Source of the DNA: Candidatus Latescibacterota bacterium
GTDB taxonomy: Bacteria; Latescibacterota; UBA2968
DNA length: 64,000 nucleotides
Assembly (NCBI GenBank): GCA_965208125.1
Contig: OZ242320.1
Span: 960,001 to 1,024,000 of the forward strand
Direction: 5' to 3'
Shown piece after piece: positions 29,601 through 38,617 of this stretch. Both the position numbers and the translations under genes were made by a program. The notes below the pieces were generated by a model. It did not search any database and was not told the DNA's origin. It saw only the letters and a program-made list of their open reading frames with translations. Each line of letters begins with the position of its first letter. Within the stretch, counting starts at the first letter, position 1.

Positions 29601-30770
29601 CTACGCCTCCCAAATCAGTGCCAGCGCGCCCGTATAGCTATGAACAAAATTGCGCCCGGCCACAGGTGCCAGTTCTGAATTGCCAAAAAAGCCAGCCATC
29701 GGAAAAGCGCCCAGATGTTTTCGAATCACCAGAACATCGTGATCGGGCTGTCCGTAAAGCCCAAATCCGCGTCCCCTACAGTTAAAATACAAACCACATG
29801 TATTGGACGGACGCCCGACAGACTGCCGCAACTCCTGCATCACCTTCACCATATCTTCATGCCCTGCCTGGGGCGTGCGCCGATTAAATTGAATAGTCTG
29901 CCCCACAGACACCTGTTCATTAACCGCAATCGCTCCCGACTGCTCGTCGATATGCGTCAAACTGCGAATTAAAAAATCGCCTCGCCTCCGTTCAATTGCG
30001 TATTCATCCATCGCCAGACCCACGAAAATATTGTAGCGCAAATCAGCCTTTTCCTCTGCCGAAAGCGTATTGAGCGCCTCCTTTAGCGCATCCACAGCCG
30101 GAACAAATGCGATCTGCTGAATCACATTGCCCTCGGCTCTGGTAATCGCATAAGCCTGTCCAAACGGTTGGCAACCTTGTGCCACCCCCGTAGCCACCTT
30201 TACCCCGGACAACAACGCCCCCACCACCCCGTGTTCACCAATCCACCGACCACACCATTGCAATGTCTGCGGCGACGCCGATCCCCACGGATTGCCCGAT
30301 GCGACGCCCCCCACAATGGGCACATCGCCAGCCATCTCGGCAATCTGTTCCAGACAAGTCGCCGGATTGGAATAAATCCCACACATAAGCACCAGCAACG
30401 CATCCTCTGTTCCCTGGGCTGCCACGCGCTCGCCAATCATAACCCCCGCATCTGTCCCCTCTGCCACAAGAGGTGACACCTCGAGATGATCTCCGCCCAA
30501 AACCAGCACCGCCACCCCAGGCTCGCGATCATTTTCTCGGGCATCTGTCAAAACCCCCATGCCACTACATCCAAACACAGCCTCTGTCTCCACCCGATCG
30601 ATAACAACATCCACCATAGCAGCCGCATCGCCCATGTGGTGATAGGTCAAAAAAAGAAACGCGGCATCAACAGCAACATCGCCCAGCCCCTTCATAGCTT
30701 CTGACAAAGCGACCTCAACAGCGTACATGCCTTCGGCTTCATTTGAATGTCCAGCCCCGGATCGCAGCAT
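29601..30770 (-). CDS. FIST N/C domain signal-transduction protein
   Basis: FGCSGMG, PIVGG.AS, VAQGCQPFG, FNCRGRG, AGFFGNSE..P, HSYT; start at MLRSG with GGAG RBS. Confidence 0.9.
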   Translation of the reverse strand: MLRSGAGHSNEAEGMYAVEVALSEAMKGLGDVAVDAAFLFLTYHHMGDAAAMVDVVIDRVETEAVFGCSGMGVLTDARENDREPGVAVLVLGGDHLEVSPLVAEGTDAGVMIGERVAAQGTEDALLVLMCGIYSNPATCLEQIAEMAGDVPIVGGVASGNPWGSASPQTLQWCGRWIGEHGVVGALLSGVKVATGVAQGCQPFGQAYAITRAEGNVIQQIAFVPAVDALKEALNTLSAEEKADLRYNIFVGLAMDEYAIERRRGDFLIRSLTHIDEQSGAIAVNEQVSVGQTIQFNRRTPQAGHEDMVKVMQELRQSVGRPSNTCGLYFNCRGRGFGLYGQPDHDVLVIRKHLGAFPMAGFFGNSELAPVAGRNFVHSYTGALALIWEA

Positions 30771-31001
30771 ATCTTCTCCACAGCAATAACAAATTTCAAA
30801 AAATAGTGTCATGCAATATAGAGGCAAAAAACCGCAGATCAAACAATTTCCGAACTGACCTTTTTGAGCAGATGTATTGGATTTGCTCTCTATGCTATAT
30901 TACTATAACAATACTTGCCACACCCATGTAAATACCTTATATTAAATTGCTGTAAAATTATACCCCTAAATCCCTCTAAAATCACCCCAAGAGCCTTCCC
31001 A

Positions 31002-31469
31002 ATGAATCTGAATTACAGCCTCCACAACGACACAGTAAAACACGTTGATCTCTCCTTTTACGTCGAAGTACAAAAAGACAATCCCGTTGATCAGGTCATC
31101 GCAAAAATGCAGAATAGTCAGCGCAAATGCGCGCTGGTAATGGATCAGGACAAACTAATCGGCATCTTTACAGCACACGATATTGCCCGCCGCGTAATCG
31201 ACCAATCCGAAGTAATCAACGAGCCTATAGAAACGATCATGACCCCCGATCCGCTCACCCTGCAATCGGATACCACACTAATCGAAGCCATCCGATTTAT
31301 GAGCGACAAACCCCACCGCTACATGCCCGTTGTAGATGCAGAAGGGCGCGTATTGGGCACACTGACACACTATGCTATCATCAAATACATGAGCGATCAT
31401 TTCCCAGAAGAAATCTACAACTTACCGCCAACACCCGACCACTTTGCCAGCGCTCGGGCTGGTGCCTAA
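31002..31469 (+). CDS. CBS-pair domain protein
   Basis: LIGIFTAHD, IMTPDP, RYMPVVD..G.VLG. Confidence 0.88.
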   Translation: MNLNYSLHNDTVKHVDLSFYVEVQKDNPVDQVIAKMQNSQRKCALVMDQDKLIGIFTAHDIARRVIDQSEVINEPIETIMTPDPLTLQSDTTLIEAIRFMSDKPHRYMPVVDAEGRVLGTLTHYAIIKYMSDHFPEEIYNLPPTPDHFASARAGA

Positions 31470-31486
31470 AATATTCAGGAGGATTT

Positions 31487-33379
31487 ATGGCCGAAATAGA
31501 CATTGAAGAAACGGCCGAATCGGCGCTTTTCGAACTATCCGAAATCGAATCAATTGCCATTCGCTTTGCAGGTGATTCCGGTGACGGCAGTCAGCTCATC
31601 GGCAAAGAATTTGCCAACACCTCGGCAATAGTCGGCAATGACATCAGCACTCTGCCGGACTTTCCCGCTGAAATCCGCGCGCCCGCTGGCACATTGCCCG
31701 GCGTTAGCGGGTTTCAAATCCACATATCCAGCGAAGAAATATATACGCCCGGCGATGAACCCCAGGTCCTCGTGGCGATGAACCCGGCAGCACTCAAAGC
31801 CAATATCAACGACCTTCCAAACGGCGGCATCGTCATTGCCAACACAGACAACTTCACGCGCAACAACCTGCGCAAAGCCGGATACGACGGCGATCCCCTC
31901 GAAGGCAATGATCTCTCCAATTACCGCGTGGTTAAAGTTCCCCTCACAACGCTGCACAAAGAAGCTGTCGCACACGTTGAGGGCCTGAGCAATCGCCAAA
32001 TTGACATGATGAAAAACTTCTTCGCTCTGGGCCTGTCCTACTGGATTTTTGACCGCCCGATTGAGCCGACCATTCGCATGCTCGAAAAGAAATTTCAGGG
32101 CAAAGACGAAATCATCGACGGCAATGTGAGCACCCTGAAAGCCGGCTACAACTTTGGTGAAACAGTCGAAGAATTTCAGGTTCAGTACCAGGTTAAAAAA
32201 GCCGTCGTCGCACCGGGCACTTATCGCGCTGTCACGGGTACACAAGCCACGGCAATAGGCATGGTTACTGCGGCTCACAAAGCGGGCAAAACCCTCTTTT
32301 ACGGCAGCTATCCCATCACGCCGGCCAGCGCGGTACTCGAAGAATTGGCCGCATTGAAAAATTTTGACGTGCGAACCTTTCAAGCAGAAGATGAAATTTC
32401 CGCATTGGGCTCAGTCATTGGCGCTGCTTTCGGCGGCGCGTTTGCCGCCACGGGCACCAGTGGCCCCGGCATCGCACTGAAAAGCGAAGCCATGAACCTC
32501 GCTCTGATGATGGAATTGCCCCTCGTTATCTGCGATTTTCAGCGCGGCGGTCCCAGCACCGGCATGCCCACCAAAACAGAACAATCGGATCTGCTCCAAT
32601 GCATGTTTGGTCGCAATGGCGACAGTCCCATCCCCATTGTCTCACCGGCCACGCCCTCAGACTGCTTTGACATGGTCATCGAAGCGTTTCGCATCGCCGT
32701 TGAAACCATGAGTCCGGTCATTTTCCTCTCCGATGGATACCTCAACACCAGCGCTGAGCCGTGGAAAATTCCCGATCCGGATGATATTCCGACCATACAG
32801 ACCGAGCACAGGACCGATCCCGAAGACTTCTTGCCCTATCTGCGCGATCCAAAAACTCTATCTCGTCCCTGGGTATTGCCGGGCACACCGGGCCTTGAAC
32901 ACAGACTGGGTGGACTGGGCAAAGAAGACGGTACAGGCAATGTATCCTACGACCCGGATGACAACCAGCACATGGCGAACATACGCGCCGAACGCCTGGC
33001 GCGCATCGCCGACCGCATTCCACTCCAGCACGTCATGGGTCCCAAATCGGGCGATCTGCTCGTCCTGGGCTGGGGATGTACTTATGGTGCGATCCGCTCG
33101 GGAGTGCGCCGAATGCGACAGCAGGGCTATTCGGTAGCCGCGGCACATCTGCGCTACCTCAACCCATTCCCCAAAAATCTGGGCGCGATACTATCGAGTT
33201 ACAAAACTATACTCGTGCCCGAACTCAACATGGGACAGCTGTCTTTGCTGCTCCAGGCCAAATATCCCACACAGGTCATCGTCCCCTTCAATAAAGTTCA
33301 GGGATTGCCCTTCAAAATTTCAGAAATCTCCGACAAAATTGCCGAAATACTGGGCGTTCCAAAGAGCGCATCGTTATAG
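31487..33379 (+). CDS. korA: 2-oxoacid:ferredoxin oxidoreductase alpha subunit
   Basis: FAGDSGDG, PAEIRAP, YPITPAS, QAEDEI, TSGPG, QRGGPSTGMPTKTEQ; AGGAGG RBS before 31487. Confidence 0.95.
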   Translation: MAEIDIEETAESALFELSEIESIAIRFAGDSGDGSQLIGKEFANTSAIVGNDISTLPDFPAEIRAPAGTLPGVSGFQIHISSEEIYTPGDEPQVLVAMNPAALKANINDLPNGGIVIANTDNFTRNNLRKAGYDGDPLEGNDLSNYRVVKVPLTTLHKEAVAHVEGLSNRQIDMMKNFFALGLSYWIFDRPIEPTIRMLEKKFQGKDEIIDGNVSTLKAGYNFGETVEEFQVQYQVKKAVVAPGTYRAVTGTQATAIGMVTAAHKAGKTLFYGSYPITPASAVLEELAALKNFDVRTFQAEDEISALGSVIGAAFGGAFAATGTSGPGIALKSEAMNLALMMELPLVICDFQRGGPSTGMPTKTEQSDLLQCMFGRNGDSPIPIVSPATPSDCFDMVIEAFRIAVETMSPVIFLSDGYLNTSAEPWKIPDPDDIPTIQTEHRTDPEDFLPYLRDPKTLSRPWVLPGTPGLEHRLGGLGKEDGTGNVSYDPDDNQHMANIRAERLARIADRIPLQHVMGPKSGDLLVLGWGCTYGAIRSGVRRMRQQGYSVAAAHLRYLNPFPKNLGAILSSYKTILVPELNMGQLSLLLQAKYPTQVIVPFNKVQGLPFKISEISDKIAEILGVPKSASL

Positions 33380-33391
33380 AGGAATCCAAAC

Positions 33392-34933
33392 ATGGCAGAC
33401 GCTATTGAAACACTGACGCGAAAAGACTTCGTATCCGACCAGGAAGTGCGCTGGTGCCCCGGTTGTGGTGATTACGCCATCCTTGCACAGATGCAGCGCG
33501 TGTTGCCCGAAATGGGCATTGCGCGGGAAGATATGGTCTTTATATCGGGCATCGGTTGCTCCAGCCGCTTCCCCTATTACATGAACACGTACGGTCTGCA
33601 CACCATTCACGGTCGTGCGGCAACCGTGGCGACTGGCCTCAAAGTGGCCAATCCCGACCTCCACGTATGGGTAATCACCGGCGATGGCGACAGCCTATCC
33701 ATAGGCGGCAATCACCTGTTGCATGTGCTGCGTCGCAACGTCGATCTCAACATCATACTCTTCAACAATGCGATCTACGGCCTCACCAAAGGACAATATT
33801 CGCCCACATCGCCACCGGGCACGCGCACCTATTCGTCGCCCATGGGCTCTGTGGAACAGGACTTCAATGCCATCTCCGTTGCCCTGGCAGCCGAAGCCAC
33901 CTTTGTCGCCCGCAGTGTTGACCGCAACACCAAGCACATGGCCGAGATCCTCAAACGCGCCACCGAACATCGCGGCACGTCCTTTGTCGAAATTTACCAG
34001 AACTGCAACATCTACAACGACGGTGCCTGGTTTTTTGCCACCGAAGCAGATGTCAAAGACGACCAGACCGTCATTCTGGAACACGGCCAACCCATCATTT
34101 TTGGCAAAGACCGCGACAAAGGCATCCGCGTCAATGGACTCGCGCCCGAAGTCGTAACTCTGGGTAATGGCGTATCGGAAAGCGACTTGCTCACACACGA
34201 CGAAACCCTGGACAATCCAGCCCATGCGTATTTGCTCAGCCGCCTCACACATCCGGAATATCCCGTACCATTCGGCGTATTTCGCTGTGTCGAACGTCCA
34301 ATTTACGAAGAGCAAATCATCGCACAGGGCCGCCAGGCGGTTGAAGAACGCGGCGCAGGCGATCTCAATGCACTGTATCACGCGACAGACACCTGGATTG
34401 TTCCCGAAGGTCCCGACGCCGAAACCGTGCAAGAAGTCCACGAAGAATTGCCCACATCGAATATCATTCCCGATATCGAACAAGAAGACCCCATGGCACC
34501 GCGCACCGCGCTTCAGCAACTGCTCTACGACCCCATCTCATCCCTCGACCTGCCAGCACCCGAATGCGTATCCGCCGATACCTCGGTAGCCGATGCCGTC
34601 GAGACCATGCGCAGCAAAAATCTGGGTTGTTTGCTGGTCGTTGACAAACAGGGCTTGTTGCGCGGCATATTCGCACAGGGCGATCTCTTTGAAAAAGTTG
34701 CCGGGCGCGATATAGACCTGACAAAAATAACGGTCGATAGCCTGATGACCAAAGACCCCACTGCATTGAAAACATCTGATCCCATCGGTCACCTCCTGCA
34801 CCTGATGTCTCTGCACGGCTTCCGTCACATACCTATTGTAGATCCCGATGGGCGTCCCGTGGGCCTGGCATCCTTTAAAGTCATGCTCAAGTTCACCGGC
34901 GGCCTCTTCTCAGACGACATATCGCCCAACTAA
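33392..34933 (+). CDS. korB: 2-oxoacid:ferredoxin oxidoreductase beta subunit fused to a C-terminal CBS pair
   Basis: WCPGCGD, SGIGCS, GDGD..SIG.NH TPP motif, YGLTKGQ; C-terminal GIFAQGD...LMTKDP...FRHIPIVD. Confidence 0.93.
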   Translation: MADAIETLTRKDFVSDQEVRWCPGCGDYAILAQMQRVLPEMGIAREDMVFISGIGCSSRFPYYMNTYGLHTIHGRAATVATGLKVANPDLHVWVITGDGDSLSIGGNHLLHVLRRNVDLNIILFNNAIYGLTKGQYSPTSPPGTRTYSSPMGSVEQDFNAISVALAAEATFVARSVDRNTKHMAEILKRATEHRGTSFVEIYQNCNIYNDGAWFFATEADVKDDQTVILEHGQPIIFGKDRDKGIRVNGLAPEVVTLGNGVSESDLLTHDETLDNPAHAYLLSRLTHPEYPVPFGVFRCVERPIYEEQIIAQGRQAVEERGAGDLNALYHATDTWIVPEGPDAETVQEVHEELPTSNIIPDIEQEDPMAPRTALQQLLYDPISSLDLPAPECVSADTSVADAVETMRSKNLGCLLVVDKQGLLRGIFAQGDLFEKVAGRDIDLTKITVDSLMTKDPTALKTSDPIGHLLHLMSLHGFRHIPIVDPDGRPVGLASFKVMLKFTGGLFSDDISPN

Positions 34934-35002
34934 CGCGCGTCAACATCACAGCGCAAAAAGAGTCCGCAAGCACCTCGCGGACTCTTTTTTATTGGAGAAA
35001 AA

Positions 35003-35878
35003 ATGAACGATGGAATCATCGGCTCGGGCGGTATGGCGAATCAAAATAAAAGAGGAAAGCCTGCCTTGAGCACCGCTGCCGAACGCGACTATCTGTTGGG
35101 AACAAATGACGAGGAACTGCGCCGTCTGCAAGCACAACACAATACATGGCAAGCCGAAACCACAGACCTGTGGGATCGCGTCGGCTTTCGCGCTGGGCAA
35201 ACGATTCTCGACCTCGGTTGTGGCCCGGGATTTACGAGTTTAGAACTGGGCGAGCACGTGGGCACGGGTGGGCGCGTTCTCGCCGTAGATGGATCAAAGA
35301 AATTCGCGGACTTTCTCCGACACCGCGCTGCATCAGCCGGTATGACGCAAATCGAGGTCGTCGTAGCGGATGTCCGCACCCTTGACCTGCCAGCCGCTTC
35401 TATAGACGCTGCGTTCGCCCGTTGGCTACTCTGCTTCATAAAAGAGCCAAAAAAGGTGATTGAGCAGGTAGCCTGCACGCTTAAAAGGGGCGGGCACCTG
35501 CTCGTTATGGATTACTGCGCCTATGGGGCATTTGTCGCCCAGGTCCAATATCCCCACTTGCGGCGCGTACTGCAGGCGGTACACAGGAGCTTCGGCGATG
35601 GGCTCGAAATCGGCGATAAGCTACCCCAACTCATGGAACGTTGTGGCCTGGCGGTCGTGGAGGTCGTTCCTATCGGCGGCATTGCCCGCCCGGGCAACCG
35701 CATCTGGTGCTGGATAGAAGATTTCTTGCGCATGTATTTACCCGAACTCGTGGCACGCGGCGCATTGCGCGAAGAAGATTGCGCGGCGCATTGGGAAGAA
35801 TGGCAAACAAATGCCCGCGACCCACAAGCCACTATTTCATCGCCATCAATGACCGGCGTAATTGGCGTCAAGGTCTAA
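35003..35878 (+). CDS. Class I SAM-dependent methyltransferase; first codons copied from the downstream gene
   Basis: YLLG....E..RL..Q, ILDLGCGPG, RWLLCF. Confidence 0.9.
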   Translation: MNDGIIGSGGMANQNKRGKPALSTAAERDYLLGTNDEELRRLQAQHNTWQAETTDLWDRVGFRAGQTILDLGCGPGFTSLELGEHVGTGGRVLAVDGSKKFADFLRHRAASAGMTQIEVVVADVRTLDLPAASIDAAFARWLLCFIKEPKKVIEQVACTLKRGGHLLVMDYCAYGAFVAQVQYPHLRRVLQAVHRSFGDGLEIGDKLPQLMERCGLAVVEVVPIGGIARPGNRIWCWIEDFLRMYLPELVARGALREEDCAAHWEEWQTNARDPQATISSPSMTGVIGVKV

Positions 35879-35891
35879 GTTTGGAGGAAAA

Positions 35892-36866
35892 ATGAACGAC
35901 ATTCGCATTGGCATCATCGGCTCAGGCGGTATGGCGAGTCGCCATGCCCAGAGCTTTTCCCGAACAGACGGCTTTGAACTCATTGTCATTGCTGCGCGAA
36001 ACATAGAAACCGGGCCAGCACTCGCCAACAAGCACGGTATAGATTACTTGCCGACCTATCGGGACATACTCAAACGCGACGACATCGACGCCATCGCAAT
36101 ATGCACCTACAACAATACCCACAGTGAAATCGCCCTTGCCGCGCTCGATGCAAACAAACACGTTTTTACCGAATATCCCGCGGCGCGCAATATCGATGAA
36201 GCGCGACAACTACTTTCCAGAATCGACCAATCATCTCGCGTCCTCCGCGTGGGCCACAACGAAGTACTCTCGCCATCTCACCGGGCACTCAAACGACAAA
36301 CAGCCCAAACGGGAAATCTCATAACCGCACTATTCACCCGCCTCACCCCGGGCCGAGGTCAACGCCCTGAAATCCTCTTTAATATTTCCATATCGGGTCC
36401 ACCAGCCCTCTTTTTTGTCTATAATATCTATCCACTCGTCGATTGTTTTGGTCCCGCCACCTGGGTTGAAGCCGCTGCCCACTATGAAAATCTGCGCGAT
36501 GACAGCACCTACGATAGCTTTGCAAATTCCGTCACAGTCGGTTTTGAAAACGGCGGTATTGGGCAATGGAACTGGACCGGTGGCATCGAAATCTCCCATG
36601 CCGAAGAATATCGCCACATCGTCATGACAGACGGGACGCTCGTCAACAGAGGCGATGGCTGGCACTTATCGATAAAATCAGGCGAACGCGACCTGCCCGC
36701 AGCCGAACCAACGGACATCACAATCCAAACCCAATTCCTCAACGACATCCACAATGGCAACTGGCAAACCGACGCCCGCACAGCCATCAACGCCGCGCTG
36801 ATCGGTCTCGCAGCCGAACGATCAATTGAGGAAAACCGCCGGATAACCCTCTCAGAACTTCTGTAA
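35892..36866 (+). CDS. Gfo/Idh/MocA oxidoreductase
   Basis: IGIIGSGGMA Rossmann motif; KHVFTEYP. Confidence 0.88.
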   Translation: MNDIRIGIIGSGGMASRHAQSFSRTDGFELIVIAARNIETGPALANKHGIDYLPTYRDILKRDDIDAIAICTYNNTHSEIALAALDANKHVFTEYPAARNIDEARQLLSRIDQSSRVLRVGHNEVLSPSHRALKRQTAQTGNLITALFTRLTPGRGQRPEILFNISISGPPALFFVYNIYPLVDCFGPATWVEAAAHYENLRDDSTYDSFANSVTVGFENGGIGQWNWTGGIEISHAEEYRHIVMTDGTLVNRGDGWHLSIKSGERDLPAAEPTDITIQTQFLNDIHNGNWQTDARTAINAALIGLAAERSIEENRRITLSELL

Positions 36867-36948
36867 AAGCACAGAATATGCGTGACAGTCTGCGTTGTTT
36901 CGCGTATCATGAAGGTCAAAGTATCTTCTCTCATAACTTTAAAAAATC

Positions 36949-37815
36949 ATGACCCAAACCATTTCCTTAAGCGACCTGGACTTCCAGTCCAAAGACATCG
37001 ACCTTCAACGCGCTGCCGAGACATTCAAAACGCATGGCGCGATAGTCGTGCGGGGACTGCTCCGCGAATACATCGACGCGCTTCACCGCGACATCGAAGC
37101 CACGGCAAGGCAATCTCTCGCTCTCCTCGATCAAGCCACCGCAATCCCCGAAGGATGGCGCACGCCCAACAACACCCTCTTTATACCCGCGCCGGAAAAT
37201 TACGAACGCGACCGACAAATCATGGTCCTGGGCATCAACTACCACACCAGCGCCACCTTCTTTCGCTCGGCATTTCACCCGCCCACCCTCGACATAGTAG
37301 AAGCCATCCTCGGCCTCAACATCGAACTCTACGGCAACGGGCAATGCCTCTACAAAGAACCCGTCGGAGGCCATCCCAAACACCTGCACCAGGACTCGGC
37401 GTATTTTGAACACCGATACGAAGGACCCGTTGGCATCCTCACCTACGTCGTACCCACCGACCTCAACAACGGCGCCCTCCACGTCGTCCCCGGCTCTCAC
37501 AAACTCGGGCAACTCGACCACATAGACACCTTCTCGCACCTGGGACTCGCAGACCGCGAATGGCCCTGGGAGCGCGCCCTCCCAATACCCGGTCAACCCG
37601 GCGACGCCATCTTCTTCCACGTCAAAACCGTTCACGGCTCCAAACAAAACCACTCAGACAAACCCCGCCCCGTCTTCATACACCGCTACCGCAGAGCCGA
37701 TGACTACGTCGTCATACGCGGCACCACCACAAAAAACCGCGCAGAATCGTCAAAGCGTCCTGTAGAAGAAAAAAAAGAAAATGGATTCATGGTACGCGGT
37801 TTTCGTCCATATTAA
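36949..37815 (+). CDS. Phytanoyl-CoA dioxygenase (PhyH) family Fe/2OG enzyme
   Basis: HQD...NGALHVVPGSHK...GDAIFFH..TVHGS facial triad. Confidence 0.92.
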   Translation: MTQTISLSDLDFQSKDIDLQRAAETFKTHGAIVVRGLLREYIDALHRDIEATARQSLALLDQATAIPEGWRTPNNTLFIPAPENYERDRQIMVLGINYHTSATFFRSAFHPPTLDIVEAILGLNIELYGNGQCLYKEPVGGHPKHLHQDSAYFEHRYEGPVGILTYVVPTDLNNGALHVVPGSHKLGQLDHIDTFSHLGLADREWPWERALPIPGQPGDAIFFHVKTVHGSKQNHSDKPRPVFIHRYRRADDYVVIRGTTTKNRAESSKRPVEEKKENGFMVRGFRPY

Positions 37816-37850
37816 AAAAGCGTGGGACATAATCCCACGCTTTTAATTTT
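37815..37850. terminator. Bidirectional terminator between phyH and the M14 3' remnant
   Basis: AAAAGCGTGGGA-CATAA-TCCCACGCTTTT. Confidence 0.8.
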
Positions 37851-37866
37851 CACCATCTGAACTTCC

Positions 37867-38070
37867 CTAAACCTGCGCCTCCACCATCACCTCAATAGCT
37901 GTCAGATGCGCTGCAACGCGCACATCCATCGGCTGTGCTGTCGGGCTTTCTGACGTCACCAGATGACTCGTATGCCCTCGCTGATACAAAGCAATGGGAA
38001 TACCCTCCCCGTACTTCCGCCTCGACACCTCCATATTGGGATGAATCACCCCATTGACCGCAACATCACC
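37867..38070 (-). pseudogene. Duplicated 3' end of the M14 peptidase gene (direct repeat of 41781-41974)
   Basis: 194 bp with about 15 mismatches by manual alignment; encodes GDVAVNGVIHPNMEVSRRK...EVMVEAQV*. Confidence 0.93.
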
Positions 38071-38172
38071 AACTATCAGATAAGCGGGGATAGGGGCGCA
38101 GCGGCTCTGCTGAGATTACCGCCTTCTACCCTGTATGGCAAAATGAGAAAACTGGGCATCAAAATTCCTTAA
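38071..38172 (+). pseudogene. C-terminal Fis-type HTH remnant of a sigma-54 enhancer-binding protein
   Basis: ISGDRGAAALLRLPPSTLYGKMRKLGI* matches the FhlA/NtrC-type tail; truncated exactly at the duplication junction. Confidence 0.8.
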
Positions 38173-38340
38173 GTTGTGTATCATATATTCTTAATATCGG
38201 CAATCGCCATATATGGTTAAATATCACCATATAAAGTTACCAAGAATATAAAATTTCAGACTGATTTTTATATATCCTTTTTTAACTACTTAAATATAAA
38301 TAATACTTTATGAGTAAAATCATCTTGTGACAAATTCATA

Positions 38341-38357
38341 TTGGCACGGATATTGCA
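38341..38357 (+). promoter_or_regulatory. Sigma-54 (-24/-12) promoter
   Basis: TTGGCACGGATATTGCA, exact GG-N10-GC spacing, AT-rich upstream region. Confidence 0.85.
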
Positions 38358-38617
38358 TGATTAGATCACATTTGCGAAGAAGAATATGTGCCCCAAAATT
38401 TGAACCGTTTTGAGGCTAATTTCCGCTGAGAATCAGCCGTGATATTTCTCAGCAAAAACAGCAGGAGGCCCTGTCGGATTGGTAGTCAGCCTGTGGCCTT
38501 CTGCCGCAACATACAGAGCGAGAATGGTCCAACAAACCATAACCTACTCTTTTTTAAAGAGGTAATTCGTCGTAATCGGCTTTCAAACACCGCGCAACAA
38601 CTTCTCCAGAAACATAT

